Assembly (NCBI RefSeq): GCF_018350175.1
Contig: NC_058368.1
Location: 68,574,001-68,638,000 of the forward strand
Direction: 5' to 3'
From: Felis catus
Lineage: Eukaryota
DNA length: 64,000 nucleotides
How positions within the stretch are numbered: position 1 is the first letter of the stretch; each line of letters opens with the position of its first letter. Positions 50,326 to 63,339 of the stretch are shown one piece after another. The position numbers and the translations under genes are program-made. Below the pieces are notes generated by a model that did not search any database, was not told the origin of the DNA, and saw nothing but the letters and a program-made list of their open reading frames with translations.

Positions 50326-51049
50326 AATATGCTAAATATTTTGAGGAAGATAAAGTCCTTTATCTACAAAAATCTGACAATATGGTCCCATATCCACAAA
50401 GATAAAATAGATATATATCCCGCATTCACCATAGAGATAAAACATGTATTTGAAACAGAATAGGTAATCAAAAGTGCCATAATAGGATAATGTAAGAAGA
50501 GACAGTGAAAAGTAATATGCAAAAGTATGGATGATTTCTCACTTATTTCTTTGTTTCCAAAAGCCGATGTGATCTTTCTGCTTGGATATCAACACAGCTA
50601 AAACTTAACTCATCAACTTTCCCTGTAACAAACCATTTTCTAAGTATATATTATATTTTATTCTCCTAGGTTAGAAAATTGGGAGATACCTTTGACCATC
50701 TCTCCTGACTTCTCCATCTCTTGTCAAGATTTGTAAAAACTTTCTCTAATTTAGTCAACATAAATCATTTTGCTGCCTTTTCTTCTTTTCCAATTGTGGG
50801 TAAACAATGTTAAGGAGCATTAAAAAATATAAATATAAAATAGAGTCCCAATATATAATCTAGTGGAGAAGGTGTGTGATCTCTTGAAATGCCCAAAAAA
50901 TAAATAAATTAATTAATTAATTAATTAATTAAAGGCTACCATGCAGGAAGAACTTAAGTGGCAAATAAATAGTAGAAATAAATGTTTAGAAATTCTGAGG
51001 AAAATAAATATAAAAATGCAGAACCTGTGAGCAATTCGCTTGTTATTCT

Positions 51050-51480
51050 GTTCTAGCCTCATAACTCTGTTACTGAAATAGTTTCCTCCGCCTTCTGTTC
51101 CAAGCCCCTAGATGTCATTTTTGCTTTAATTTTCCTGAAACATTTCTTTTATCATGATATTTCTCTTGCCCCAAAGTCTGTAATGACTTTTTCTTCCCTA
51201 AGATATTACATACCGTTCCCCCAACCTTCAAAGGCATTCTACGATGTGACCCAACTCCACCTTTATTTCTCACGATCCCCCAACATACTAGTGCCACACC
51301 AGCCAGGTGGGCCCATTCACATGCCCCTGCCTCCGTGTTTTTGTGGGACTGTCCTCCTCTGTTCTTTTGCTGATACCAGTGCAAGCCATCTTTCCAGGCC
51401 CACCCAGTGTCCTTGAAGCTTTCCTCACGACACTAAGGCACACTGTTTCCCTTCTTCGAATTAATTTGCACTCATAATAG
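51050..51480 (+). mobile_element. L2 fragment
   Basis: ttcaaaggcattctacgatgtgaccc...gaagctttcctcac. Confidence 0.5.
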
Positions 51481-51799
51481 ACACTACTCAACACTGAATA
51501 TTCTTATTCTCTGGAAGTTGCATCCATAATCAACACCATCCAACACTGAATGTTCTCATTCTGTGGGAAGAAGGAAGCCGGGTTGCAGTGTCCTTTCAAT
51601 ATCTGAATTCAACTACAACAGTCCCTAGGAGCTATTCGGTGCCTATGTGCTGCTCAAAGAATCATTGATATTGTGCCTTTGGAGAAATATTACTATGATT
51701 CTTCTATGACAAAAAAAAAGGTATGTAACTGACCTCTGTAAGCAAGCAGATCAAATATTCCTTCCACATGAATGTTGCATTCCAATGTAATTAACTTGA

Positions 51800-52085
51800 C
51801 AACTACACACATATTCCATTTTTCAAACTTTGCTAGTACTCCTTTTTAAGAGTTTCTTGGAGAGCCTGTGGCACATTCTTTTAATATCTTCAAAGGTTAT
51901 AAATCTTAATTCTGTGAAGGTGATCTTGACTTTCTAAACTGGCATTTAGAACCATGTCAGGGGATTCAGATGGGGGAAGCTGGGTGGTATCATAAGCGAT
52001 CTAAAAAAAGAGGTAGGAATAGAATCACGAGACTCACCTTTCCTATCGACGTAAACTGTTTCTGAAAGTAGTTTTAAATAAATGC
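51800..52085. mobile_element. possible MARNA/mariner-like fragment
   Basis: gcctgtggcacattcttttaatatcttcaaagg...gaaggtgatcttga. Confidence 0.35.
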
Positions 52086-52476
52086 TGAGTGCTGACTGTC
52101 AGAGGGAAGAATCCCGTCCTGCCCACGCGAGCCTCACCTACATCATTGTCTAAGCCAAGATTTGTGGGGATCTTTGTCCACCCTGCTGGCTGCTTTGTGC
52201 TTCATTCTAACTTTCCTTCACCAATAAAGCACACATTCAGGCCAGAAAAACATATGACTTACACCCCCCGGGAAACCCTGCTAATTCCAGGGTGGCTGTG
52301 ATAATTGACTGACTGTATGGGGAGGAGTTGACTGCTAGGTGCAGCCCTGTTCAGGTTTTTATTGGCAAGTGCAGTGACCGTCGGCGAAGTGAAAAGATGG
52401 TAAAAGATGGGCATCAAGACTTTAGAGGTGAAAGTTCTGTTGCAGAAGTGGAGCTACCTTTGCTGGGGAGAATGAG

Positions 52477-52478
<2 letters not shown>

Positions 52479-52519
<41 letters not shown>
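52479..52519. repeat. (TG)n
   Basis: direct. Confidence 0.95.
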
Positions 52520-52520
<1 letters not shown>

Positions 52521-52670
52521 GACTAGTAGAACAGGAAGACTCTGAGCTGGGCCTCCCAGACAAATTGCATATGATGTCAAGTACGAACATACAGACTTTA
52601 GCACTGCACATGTTCAGTCCCCGTTTGTCAAGCTCCCCACACAGTTGGCTGCTTTGGCGTATAATAATAA

Positions 52671-52763
52671 ATTGGATTGTATGTACTGCTGGCATCCAGT
52701 CTTTTTTGAGCATTGCCCAAACTAATGATCTGGTACATGGGTCTCCAGTGGAGGGGAACAGGT
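52671..52763 (+). repeat. arm A of a ~93-bp inverted repeat
   Basis: about 10 differences from the reverse complement of 55168-55260 by hand alignment. Confidence 0.9.
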
Positions 52764-52784
52764 GCTTTTGTTGTGTCGACATTC

Positions 52785-52920
52785 TTATCACACATCATTT
52801 CTTTTAATCCTCCCAGTGACTTCCTGAGGCAAATACATTTGTCCCCATTTCCACAAAAGGGGGACGTAATCTTGGAGACTTTCCAGGATTTTGACTGAGG
52901 TCGGGCATATAGTGAGTTTC
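52785..52920 (-). mobile_element. MIR
   Basis: tcttttaatcctccc...ctgaggcaaa...ccccatttccaca. Confidence 0.55.
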
Positions 52921-53550
52921 CGAATGGAATGAAGGGTGTAAGGGGCCACGCCAGGCCCCCAAGCCTTCTAGGAGATTCTAAATCGAAATGTGTGAGGCTT
53001 CCTGAAAAAGATCTGCTGATGTACTCTTAGCGGGGTTATAGATTTCTGCTGAGTCATTTTCAGAATGATGACCTTCTGCTTTGACGGCCTGCCAGGATTC
53101 AAAAGTTCTTTGAATTAGGGACTCCTTTCATCCTGTTGAACGGTATCAATCCCTGCCTAGTGATCCATCCTTGTTTCCTAAGCTCTAAATGAGAGAGAAC
53201 AATGCAGTCACATTTTGATATTCTGTAGCTTTTCTCTGCTTAGTCATGCCACTAAGCACCTTTTTTTGTGTGAGAGGCAACATATAAGCTATTTGCTGAG
53301 TGCACGAAAATAGGCTTATTTCCCTCTCCTCAATTTATAAAGCATTTTCGCATGCAACATCTAATTTTATTTTGCCTTGGCCAAGGAGACAGTGCTGAGG
53401 CCAAACATTTCCACAGCGGTGGTTAATCAAGGTTCCTTCTTTTAAATCGTTGTTACTTATCTTTGCACTAAAGGACAAGCAGGAAAGAGAAATGTCTTTA
53501 ATAACTTAGTGATAGGGCAGGCAAGGAAGTATAAGCATGCCGTCCTAAAC

Positions 53551-53685
53551 CAGGCCTTCTCAAGCTGCTCCGGATCACCCAAAGGTGCTTGCTAGATATT
53601 CTAGGCTCCCATCCGAAACCTACTAATCTCAGTCTCTGAAGCCCTAGAAATCTGCATTATTTTAAAAAGCTGTCCTGCGAATCTT
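53551..53685 (+). mobile_element. MER5-type hAT-Charlie MITE
   Basis: ttctcaagc...gatcacc...aggctcccatcc..acctactaatctcag...gaaatctgcatt. Confidence 0.65.
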
Positions 53686-53699
53686 TTATATAATATATA

Positions 53700-53972
53700 T
53701 TTTTAATATGAAATTTATTGTCAAATTGGTTTCCATACAACACCCAGTGCTCATCCCAACAGGTGCCCTCCTCAATACCCATCTCCCACCCTCCCCTCCC
53801 TCCCACCCCCATCAGCCCTCAGTTTGTTCTCAGTTTTTAAGAGTCCCTTATGCTTTGGCTCCCTCCCTCTCTAAACTCTTTTTTTCCCCTTCCCCTCCCC
53901 CATGGTCTTCTGTTACATTTCTCAGGATCCACATAAGAGTGAAACCATATGGTATCTGTCTTTCTCTGTATG
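53700..53972 (-). mobile_element. young felid L1 (L1_Fc-type) 3' end, 5'-truncated
   Basis: aatttattgtcaaattggtttccatacaacacccagtgctcatcccaac...gagtgaaaccatatggtatctgtctttctctg. Confidence 0.9.
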
Positions 53973-54739
53973 TAATATTTTTTATTGTTATGATTGCCCA
54001 GCCAGAGGTCTTAAGATGCAGGTTGCTGTACAAAACAATGCCTTACTCTCCTTCCGGTCGGTGCTAATTTCCACAATCTGTAATATTCACCTCACTGAGA
54101 CCCACAGGCTGGACCTGGGTCTGGCCAGACCTCCTGAAAGAGTTCATTAAAATAAAAGAATTGATTCTTAGGCTACTTGGAGTGCAGCTCTCTTTCTGAA
54201 GCTGCTGTGGTCTCTGATCAGTTCACTTACAGCCTGAGAACTAACACTGGCAATGATTTGGGGTTATTTTTAATTGGAATTTTTTCATTCATTATCCAAA
54301 ATTAACACAACTAGATTGCTTCAGAAAATGGAAACGTTTAGACTTTGAGGGGAAAAAGTGACATCGTTAATCATTGGGGCATTGCTACACACTCCAGTTT
54401 TGCATTAGGTTTCATCAGGGAAATAAAACGAAACACTTAGCTTCGTGACGCCGGGAAAGTCGGTGCAACCAACTTCGGTTGCCAAGCTAAGCCAGTAGGT
54501 GAAGTGGTGTAGGGCAAAACAAAATGTTCTCCAATAGGGTGTTCTTTTAGGCAAAGAGAGATTTTTGACTTGTGAGAAACATAAATAGCCTTGACCCATT
54601 TGGTTAACTACAACAACAAAATGGCTGTTGTCTGGGATGGGGCAGTGAGACTGATGTTGCGTTGGCTAAGACTTGAGTATTCAAAATGCCGAGAAAGGCA
54701 TGCCTGCCCGCATGCTTTATCTTCACCGTAAATTGACAC

Positions 54740-54946
54740 CTGGGATTCTCCACCTCTGCGCTCCTGACATTTGGGGCTGGACCATTCTTTGCTGTGAGGA
54801 GCTGTTCTGGGCATTGTAAGGTGACTGGCAGCATCTGGGCCTCCACCCACAGATGGATGCAGCTAGGTCCCCAGATGCCATGGCCAGAATTGTCTCCAGC
54901 ATCCCCACATATCCCCTGAGGAGCAAAATCACTGGCAGAACCACTG
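54740..54946 (-). mobile_element. MER20
   Basis: tgacatttggggctggaccattctttg...gcattgtaagg...agaaccactg. Confidence 0.8.
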
Positions 54947-55167
54947 ACCGACAGGTACTAGTTTAATTGTAACTTCTGCAACCATAAAAAAAAAAAATTA
55001 CATTGAAGGAATTCCTTAAGATATGCTTAAAAAGTAACTCAAAATAAATGTATTTAAATATCTGAAAAACACTCCAAAGCTATATCAAGGTCAAAGGTGG
55101 TGGAGAAGGGTGAAACATCCCGATTTTGTATACAATGAAACAATGTTCCTGTTTTTTATACAGTGAA

Positions 55168-55260
55168 ACCTTTTCCCTCCGCTGGAGGCCCATGTACCAG
55201 ATCATTCATTTGGGCAATGCTGAAAAAAGACTGGATGCTCAGTAGTACATCCAATCCAAT
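55168..55260 (-). repeat. arm B of the inverted repeat, bracketed by the 12-bp direct repeat atacagtgaaac
   Basis: direct repeats at 55158-55169 and 55259-55270. Confidence 0.9.
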
Positions 55261-55477
55261 ACAGTGAAACAGCCTTCGTTATAGGGTAACGTGGATCGAT
55301 ATCAATGGTAAATGAAGACTCAAACTATTAAGATTGGACAGAAGATGAGTTTAGGCAGCCTAGAGTTCCTGCTACCGAAGCCATCGGACAAACTTTGATA
55401 TGCAACATAGACTCTGATATAAGCAGGCCACTGGGAAGGGCAGTCAGAAGAACACACATCCTCCCCACTTTCAGCCA

Positions 55478-55710
55478 CGAGAGACTCTTAAATACAGAGA
55501 ACAAACTGAGGGCTGTGAAGGGGAGGCGGGGACGGGTTAAATGAGTGATGGGCATTAAGGAGGGCACTTTTCAGGATGAGCGCTGGCTGTCACATGTAAG
55601 TGATGAATCACTGGGTTCTACTCCTGAAGCCAAGACTACACCATATGTTAACTAACTTGAATTTAAATAAAATTTAAAAAGTTATTAAATAATTTTTTTA
55701 AATTAAAAAA
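55478..55710 (+). mobile_element. carnivore L1 3' end
   Basis: gagagactcttaaatacagagaacaaactgaggg...atatgttaactaacttgaatttaaa. Confidence 0.88.
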
Positions 55711-56310
55711 AGGGGAAGAAATCATTATTTAAAAAAAATGTTCTCTTGTAACTCACATGTAGGAATATCAGAAAACGTTTTGGGTCATCTTGAACTTAAC
55801 CACTTAATACATCCATGTTTCTGCCAAGAGCTACCTTCCTGTCCATTCTTACCCTGTTCCCCAGATCAGTGAAACAAGGGGACTTCACACATGCCATGTG
55901 TCACTCCCTCTAGGTGAAGGAGGTAAAGGAGCCTGAAAACTGACACTTCTCTAGGTCTCAAGTCCAGGCGGTGGCCAAGAAAAACACTTCAGGGAGGTTA
56001 AGATCCTGGTGGACTCCAGGACGAGGGGCCCTGAGGAATGAAAACGTATAAGAACCAAGGCCTCCCACGGTGAAACCTCTTGAGGCATATTCTTTGAAAC
56101 ATTCATTTATTATTAGGTAGGTAACAAATGCCCATTTTAGAACCGCCAAGGATTTAAAAACAAAAAAAAAAGTTAAAAGACGATCGAATTATCTTGCTTT
56201 TCTCGATAGTGTTACCACCCATGCGGTATGCATTCTTTAGGTTTGCTAATTTTTAACTTTTATATAAGTAGAATCAACTGGATATAATTTTTTTACAATT
56301 TGGTGTTTTC

Positions 56311-56537
56311 TTTTTTTTTTTTAATTTTTTTTTTCAACGTTTATTTATTTTTGGGACAGAGAGAGACAGAGCATGAACGGGGGAGGGGCAGAGAGAGAGG
56401 GAGACACAGAAGCGGAAACAGGCTCCAGGCTCTGAGCCATCAGCCCAGAGCCTGACGCGGGGCTCGAACTCACAGACCGCAAGATCGTGACCTGGCTGAA
56501 GTCGGACGCTTAACCGACTGCGCCACCCAGGCACCCC
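56311..56537 (-). mobile_element. Can-SINE, young SINEC_Fc type
   Basis: perfect 15-bp TSD caatttggtgttttc; CpGs retained. Confidence 0.96.
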
Positions 56538-57143
56538 TCAATTTGGTGTTTTCAACCCACATGAAGTTTTAAGATTCATCTACATGGATGCTTGTAACTG
56601 TAATTTGTTTGCACTGTTGTTTAATATTCTACTATAAGAATATACCAGCTTTATTCATTCTACTGATGATTTTGGTTGGTTGTTTTGTATTACCTATTAC
56701 AGGTAAGGCATCTATGACTGTTTTTATGTGTCCCTTGTTGACAGTGTTCACGAGTTGTTCTTACCTCTCATATGTGAGGGTGAAAATCCTGGATTTGGGG
56801 GATGTACGTTTCTAAATGTCTTGATAATGCCAGACTGTTTTCCAGATTATTTGTCCCAGTAAGCTCTTGCCCACTCACTGTCCTCACCATAGCTTAGAAT
56901 GGATGGATGTTTTTGTTTACCAATCTGATAAAGAAAAAGTGGTTCATTGTGGTTTTAATTTACATTGCTGTAATTATTTAAAAGCTTAAAATCTTTTCGT
57001 ATTTTAATTGGAAATTTATGTTTGTCCTTTGGTCATTTTTTTGTCCATTTTATGTTTCATTTTTGTGTTTTTCTTATTGATTCATATGTGGGTTTTGGGT
57101 TTTTTGGTATATTCTGCATACAAATTCTTTCTCCAGTTTCATA

Positions 57144-57146
<3 letters not shown>

Positions 57147-57186
<40 letters not shown>
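57147..57186. repeat. (TG)n
   Basis: direct. Confidence 0.95.
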
Positions 57187-57188
<2 letters not shown>

Positions 57189-58339
57189 CCAGTTAGTAAT
57201 TTTTCTTTTTACTGTGTGGTTTTTTGATAAATAGCTCTTAATTCTAACGTAGTCAAGTAACCATATTCTGTTTATGGTTTAAGCTTTTATTACTTGTTTT
57301 AAGATATTCTACTGTCCCCTGAGGTGTTAAACTACTATCCTATATTTTCTTCTAGAAGTTTTAAAGTTTTGTCCATTACTGATAGGTCCTTAAACCACCT
57401 TAAACTGATTTCTGTGAATGGTATAAGATAAGCAACCAATTCCATTTTTTCCATACGGATACCCAGTTGGCCACTGTCATTTATTGAAATGTTTATTTTT
57501 TTTCTACATTGTTCAATCTTCAAAAGAACGGCCCTCCCTCAGACAGTCAGATTGCAAAAGCCATCCCATTTGGGTGAACCAATTAGCAAATATACTTTCC
57601 TCTAAGCATTCCTATTAGAAAAAGGTGTCCCATCCTCCCAGAAGAGGGAACTTTGACAGGCACATGACCTGTTCTGCTTGATGGTAATCCAGCATCATCA
57701 ACTTCCTTTCTCAGTATTTTTCTTTTCTATTTTCACCCGTGGATTTTTCTGTATATTCTAGGATTATTTTTGATAAATTGCAAAGAAAACTCTTACATTT
57801 TAGCATTAGATTTTGGTAAGTTTTCAAATCTTTACAAAATTAAGTCTTCCCACCCCAAAATAGAGTATGTTTCTCCATTTATTTAAGTCATACTGTCATA
57901 GGTACATGGAGGTCTTATATATTTCTGATGTAACATTATTTCTACATATGTTATGGGCTTTTTTGATATCATGAAGGGTCTTATTTCTTATATGTCAAAT
58001 TGTTTGTGACAGATGAAAAAAATAAACACATTTTTATACATGTGCTTAATATCCATTCATTTTACTGTCTCTCCATGATTTATTTTGGATGATTTGTATA
58101 TCCTGCAAGTAATTGCAATTTTCTCCTCTCTTTCTATGATTATTTGAGTGTCACAAATTAATGTCTTTGCCATATCTTCCAGAACACTGCTACTTAATCA
58201 CGATACCAGTGTGCTCATTACTCGCAGACCTGATTTTAGTAGTTATAGGCCTAGTTTGTACTGTTACATATGCCTGTTGTTTTGAGGTGAATATTTTTTG
58301 TATTTTTGAGAAACTTCCTTCCATTTCTCTATTTCATAA

Positions 58340-58450
58340 TTTTTATTTATTTATTTTTTTTGGTCATCTCTACACCCAACATGGGGCTTGAACTCATGAT
58401 CCTGAGATCAAGAGTCACACACTCTACTGACAGGGCCAGCCAGGCACCCC
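58340..58450 (-). mobile_element. short Can-SINE
   Basis: atctctacacccaacatggggcttgaactc...gccagccaggcacccc. Confidence 0.85.
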
Positions 58451-59569
58451 CTCTTTTGTATTTTTCTAAGAAAGAATGGTTGTTGAACTTATTGAATGCC
58501 TTTTCAGTATTTACTATTTTTTATCTGACATTAATGCAATGGGCTATATTGTTAGCTTTTCTCGCCTTAAGCTCTGATGACATTTTTGGTTGTAGTGAAT
58601 TATTAGTCTACTACATTTTAAGTTTTAATTTTCTAGATTTTTGTGGGACTTTTGTAGGAGCTTTTGAGCTATTTGTTAATTGAAGTCAATAGTTATATTT
58701 GTGAGAGAGAGATAGGAGGGAGGGAAGGATGGAGAATGAGACAGATATGTCTGGAGTCTTTAATAGATTATTCTGGCTTCATAAAATAAATTGGGTAGTC
58801 TTCTATATTTTCTATCTTTAAGAGAAGTCTATGGAAAAATAGGAATTGCATAATTAAGGATTTGAAAGAATTGACCTAAAAATATCTGGGCCCCAAAACT
58901 GTGTTGGGAGATAATGCTTGGATAACATTTTTAAGAGCTTTGGGGCAATTGAACTGTTTAGGACTTCTCCACATGGTGATAAAAGTTTTTTGAGGTCACA
59001 GAGATCTAAGAATGCATTTCAGAAAGCAAAAAAGGGAGCAATGTAGCCCTGTCCATGTGCCTTGTCTCTCCTGAGGTGTGTTTCCAGCTCGGAGAACAGA
59101 CATTCTTCCGTCCCCTTGGTCCAGCCTGGGTGAGGACCCGGAGGCTCGGGTGGGAAGAAAGTGACAGATGGGAACCCAGCTACCAGTATCCACACAAAGC
59201 CTCCTATGAGAACGTGTCTCTGGGAGAGCCCAAATTAAACTAAGTGGTCGTGGAGAGGTGGGCCTCACCTGCGCAACCCCGAACAATGAGGATGGACTTT
59301 ATGTGGACGTGGCCCTGCTCCCCTGAGCTAGGGCGTCATGGATAATGCAGACTCCCGTTGCTGCCCTTGCCACAACTCCCGTCTTTATCCCCTTACTCTG
59401 CCTTCCTAAGCTTCTATCCTCCAGCATCACCTGGCAGTTCAGATTCCTGTAGCCTTCCCTGCACCACATTCAGCTGACTTTTCTAATTCTGTTAGCTTTT
59501 CACTTAGACGCTGCACTTCCCCATTCCCAAAGTCAGCCTTCACATCTGCGCTCGTGTGCCATGTGGCAC

Positions 59570-59750
59570 TCTGTTTCCTGCGCTATGCTGCTTCAAATCT
59601 GCTTATTTCTCTGTGTCCCTGTCTAGATGGAAAGCTCCACGGTGGGAGGAACATGTCCACAGTGGCTCCTTATAACATCCTCGGTGCCTGGCGGAGTGCA
59701 TAGCACAAGGTAGGAATTCGACAAGTATTTGTTGAATGAATGAACGGATG
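59570..59750 (+). mobile_element. L2 3' end
   Basis: ctagatggaaagctcc...gtgcctggc...tatttgttgaatgaatgaa. Confidence 0.8.
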
Positions 59751-59812
59751 AAAATTGCTTGAATGAGGTTGTTCTCCAGTTAGGAGCCGACTGAGCCTCA
59801 AGTCTTTGGGAA

Positions 59813-59830
59813 ACACCAGCAGGTGGCATC
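59813..59830 (+). promoter_or_regulatory. CTCF-like motif
   Basis: acaCCAGCAGGTGGCAtc. Confidence 0.55.
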
Positions 59831-61974
59831 TCAGAACCCAGAGGAGAAAACAACAGATTTCCATGTGATCAGTGTCACATGCGGACTTCTCTCAATCAAA
59901 TCCCCTTCCCATCTGGGATGAATCAGCCCAAGGAGAAATCTTCTGTTTTCCTAACTGAAAAAACTGTTGAAATTATTTGCTGTAATGAGTAGGCTAAATC
60001 GGATCTTGCTGTGGTGTGCCACAGATGTGTTACAAGTGTGACATCAGTCCCTTCAGTTCAGAGTGAGCAGGCCTAGGATAGTTGGACTCTGGCCCAGGCT
60101 GCTGGCCCCAAGCAGCCTTATCACTTACCCAGTGTGTCACCCAAGTGTTAGCGTGAGACATCCACCGTGGTTCGCCCAGGCTCGCGAGGGCTGATGGCCG
60201 CCGTGTTGGCAGACTGGCCTGTATTATTATTATTTTCAGCCATTATTAATTCTTAGTGGGATGTGTCTTCAGGTGGGAAGTCAAAGGAAGCACCGTGTTT
60301 TCAGGCCCTGCAGAACATCACAGCAGTCCTGTCCCCTTGGAGTCCTGGGATTTCTCCAGCTTATAAAAAAGAAGAAAAGGGGGGTGCGTGTTAGTAATAG
60401 CAGTGGAAGTAACAGTTGGAGGGATAGAAATAGTACTAAGTAGTAGTCGTGCAGGTAGCAGTGATAATAATAGTAGTAATCGTATTTTCCAGGCGAAAAG
60501 TTGGACGGAATCAAATGTCAACTCTGGTATTTTTCGTCTGTGGGCTCCCAAGGGGTCACGGGGGAGGGGGGCAATAGATAGCTCGAAGCAATTAGCCGCA
60601 AAGCAGGAATTTCCTTCACATCTTGTGTTTTATCTTTAAAACCCATGCAGATTTACTTGCTGCTTCATAAAATGTCAATGTCATCTCTTCCTCCTCTCCT
60701 CCCCCCACCCCACCAAAAAATGTAAACCATGAGTTATAAATATGCTCCTGGAACATGGGCCAAGTTCATCCTACAGGTTCATCCTGGGACTTCAAGAACC
60801 CCCAACCCCACCCCCTCACTTCCAAGAACCCCTGGGGGGCTCCTCAGTCCTGTGCAGTTTCTTTACTGCTCCCGATGGGATGAAATAAAACACAAGCCAC
60901 AGAAGTTCCATGTTAATAGGGAAAACAGTGGATGGGACCAAAAAAATACCCAACCAACAAACAAAAGACCAGATTGAAACAGTTAATTTTTTTAAGGGAA
61001 AAACAGTAGGAGTTTTCTCTAAGCTGGGATGACAGAATTCGGGGGTTGCAGCTGGACCTCCCAGCATCTCCCCATAATTCCAGAACGGCTGGGAATCTTG
61101 TTCTAACAGCATTGCAGTCTGTCAGTGAGGGGTCCATCACTGTTTATCATACTCACATTCAATTACACTTGGCATGTGCTCTCAGTCTGGAAAGTCTGCC
61201 AGATACCGTCTCCAACTGCAACTTGGCTGCCTCTAAAGAGGTTTGATCAGTGTTTGATCGGTATTTTATCATCAGTTCAGGGGTGAACATCATTTGGGCC
61301 TCCCTGGATATTGTGTGGTATCATGTTTTCTTGAGACCAGAGTTGCCCTCCAGGCGCCATGTTTGGAGGGAGAGCTCCGGGAAAGGCATTAATATATTTT
61401 TGGCACCAGACCTGACTTTCTTAAAAGCTGGGAATATAATAATCAGGCTGAACCCTAACTTTCTGGTGGCTGCCCCGATTCTGTGTTGACTAAGCTTTCC
61501 TAATGCCTTCCTGCCAGTGTGTGAAAGGTACCATCCAGAGTCTGGGAAAAGATGCTTGGTGCATCTGGTTTTATTGGTTTGTTTTTGGTTTTGTTTTATT
61601 GCTTTAAAAAAAAAATGTTTCCAGAGAACTCTCTTTATTTGGACAAATAGCTCAGACTGTCATCCATAAAATGAGAGAATGGGATCATATAATCTCTAGG
61701 GTGCCTTCCAGTTTTCATGTTTTTGGATTTTGAAATTTTCTGTCAAGTTGTCTGAGAAGCAGAGATGCTTCCTGGCCCCGCTGTGGAAAAAGAGCCCCCT
61801 AAAATATTTTACGACCTGAAGATTCCAATGAACTAGAAGAATGTCATAAATCAATATCCAAACTAGACTGGACTGAAATGTCCACCCCCTTCATACCATT
61901 AAAGAATCCAACTGAAACTCCTAAGGATTATTGCAGACTGAAAGAAAGTATGCCTGAAGTAAATAGTGAACGGC

Positions 61975-62005
<31 letters not shown>

Positions 62006-62007
62006 CA
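61975..62007. repeat. (CAAAA)n
   Basis: direct. Confidence 0.9.
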
Positions 62008-62170
62008 TGGGGCAGGAGGAAACTTTTGGAGGTGATGGATACATTTGTGGCATTGACTGCGATGATGGCTTCACAGGTATATACTAGCCTCCAAACACCT
62101 CAAATTGTATACCTTAAATATCTGCAGCTTTTTGTATATTAATCACTCAATGAAACCATTTTTACAAAAC
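62008..62170 (+). mobile_element. L1MC-type 3' end
   Basis: ggaaacttttggaggtgatggatac...gatggcttcacaggtatatac...caaattgtatac. Confidence 0.8.
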
Positions 62171-62417
62171 AAAAAAGGTAAATGATCCCATTGGCTCATT
62201 TGGGCAGGACCCCGGGGACTCTGCCTGGAGAATTTATAAATGTTTCTCAAGGCCTCTGATGGGCATTAGGTGAACCTGTTCATTTTGTAGTATTCCTTTC
62301 TCTGCAACATTATCTTGTACCATGGATCTTGGACAAGCAAGCCTGACTCTTTGGTACATTTCACCAAGTGGTCAGATTTGAAAAGCTGCAAGGCTAATTA
62401 GAAAACACACCTCTGAT

Positions 62418-62645
62418 GGGGCGCCTGGGTGGCTTGGTTGGTTAAGCGTCCGACTTCGGCTCAGGTCATGATCTCACAGTCTGTGAGTTTGAGCCCCACG
62501 TCGGGCTCTGTGCTGACAGCTCAGAGCCTGGAGCCTGTTTCAGATTCTGTGTCTCCCTCTCTCTCTGCTCCTCCCCTGTTCGTGCTCTGTCTCTCTCTGT
62601 CTCAAGAATAAATAAACATTAAAAATTAAAAAAAAAAAAGAAAAG
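62418..62645 (+). mobile_element. Can-SINE
   Basis: TSD gaaaacacacYtctga. Confidence 0.95.
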
Positions 62646-62889
62646 AAAACACACTTCTGAGCCTCTGACATAATTTGGAGGACAGGAGAAGCCAGGTAAG
62701 TTGTGGAGAATATGGTGGGGGGCCTGGCATGCTTAGGGCTGCAGAGCAGGGGGTGCCAGCTGTCTCCCAGTAATTATGCTTGATGAGAAATGCATTGTCC
62801 CCTGGGGGAGATGACCCCATAATCCATTCCTATGCGACAAGAGCCACCAGTAACAAAGGCTTGTATTCAGAATGTGAGAGCTGAGAGGG

Positions 62890-63150
62890 AACTCAGTTTA
62901 CCTCAGCCAACCCCTTATTCCAAAAATGAAGAGCACCAAGACCCAACACGACCCGGTTATTTGGTCCAGCTCACACAGCTAATTAATGGCTAATTAAGGG
63001 CACAGCTAGGTGTGGCAGCTTGGTATTCTTAAGTCAAAGAGGCCCTGATTCAAAACCTGGCTGGGGCTCTCTGCAATCAGTTTCCCTCAGTAATGTACCC
63101 AACTCTTCCCTGAGCCTCAGGTTCCTCATCTACAACAAAATAGGAGTGAG
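62890..63150. mobile_element. MIR fragments in both orientations
   Basis: ccaacccc...aaatgaaga...cacacagcta (-); cttccctgagcctcaggttcctcatctac (+). Confidence 0.55.
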
Positions 63151-63339
63151 CCCCCTGCTGTTTGGGGGGTCCTGCGCAGACAACGTTCAAGGACCTTTGC
63201 TCTGAGCCGGCTACGCTGGAAGAGCACTTGCTATTTTCTTGCCCCCCTGTTCTCTTATCACCAGTTTTCACCGAAGCGCCATGAAGTCAGTGGTTTCCTT
63301 TTCTCAGACGTGCTCTGGCTGCAGTCTGGTGTTGCATAA

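Larger units (their letters stand above)
56250..58960 (-). mobile_element. fragmented L1ME/L1M region
   Basis: minus ORF LVAYLIPFTEISLRWFKDLSV..KTLKLLEENIG is L1 ORF2. Confidence 0.8.

Noticed and set aside
60390..60485. Ser/Asn-rich and Tyr-rich ORFs
   Set aside because: Degenerate (TAG/TAA)n low-complexity tract.
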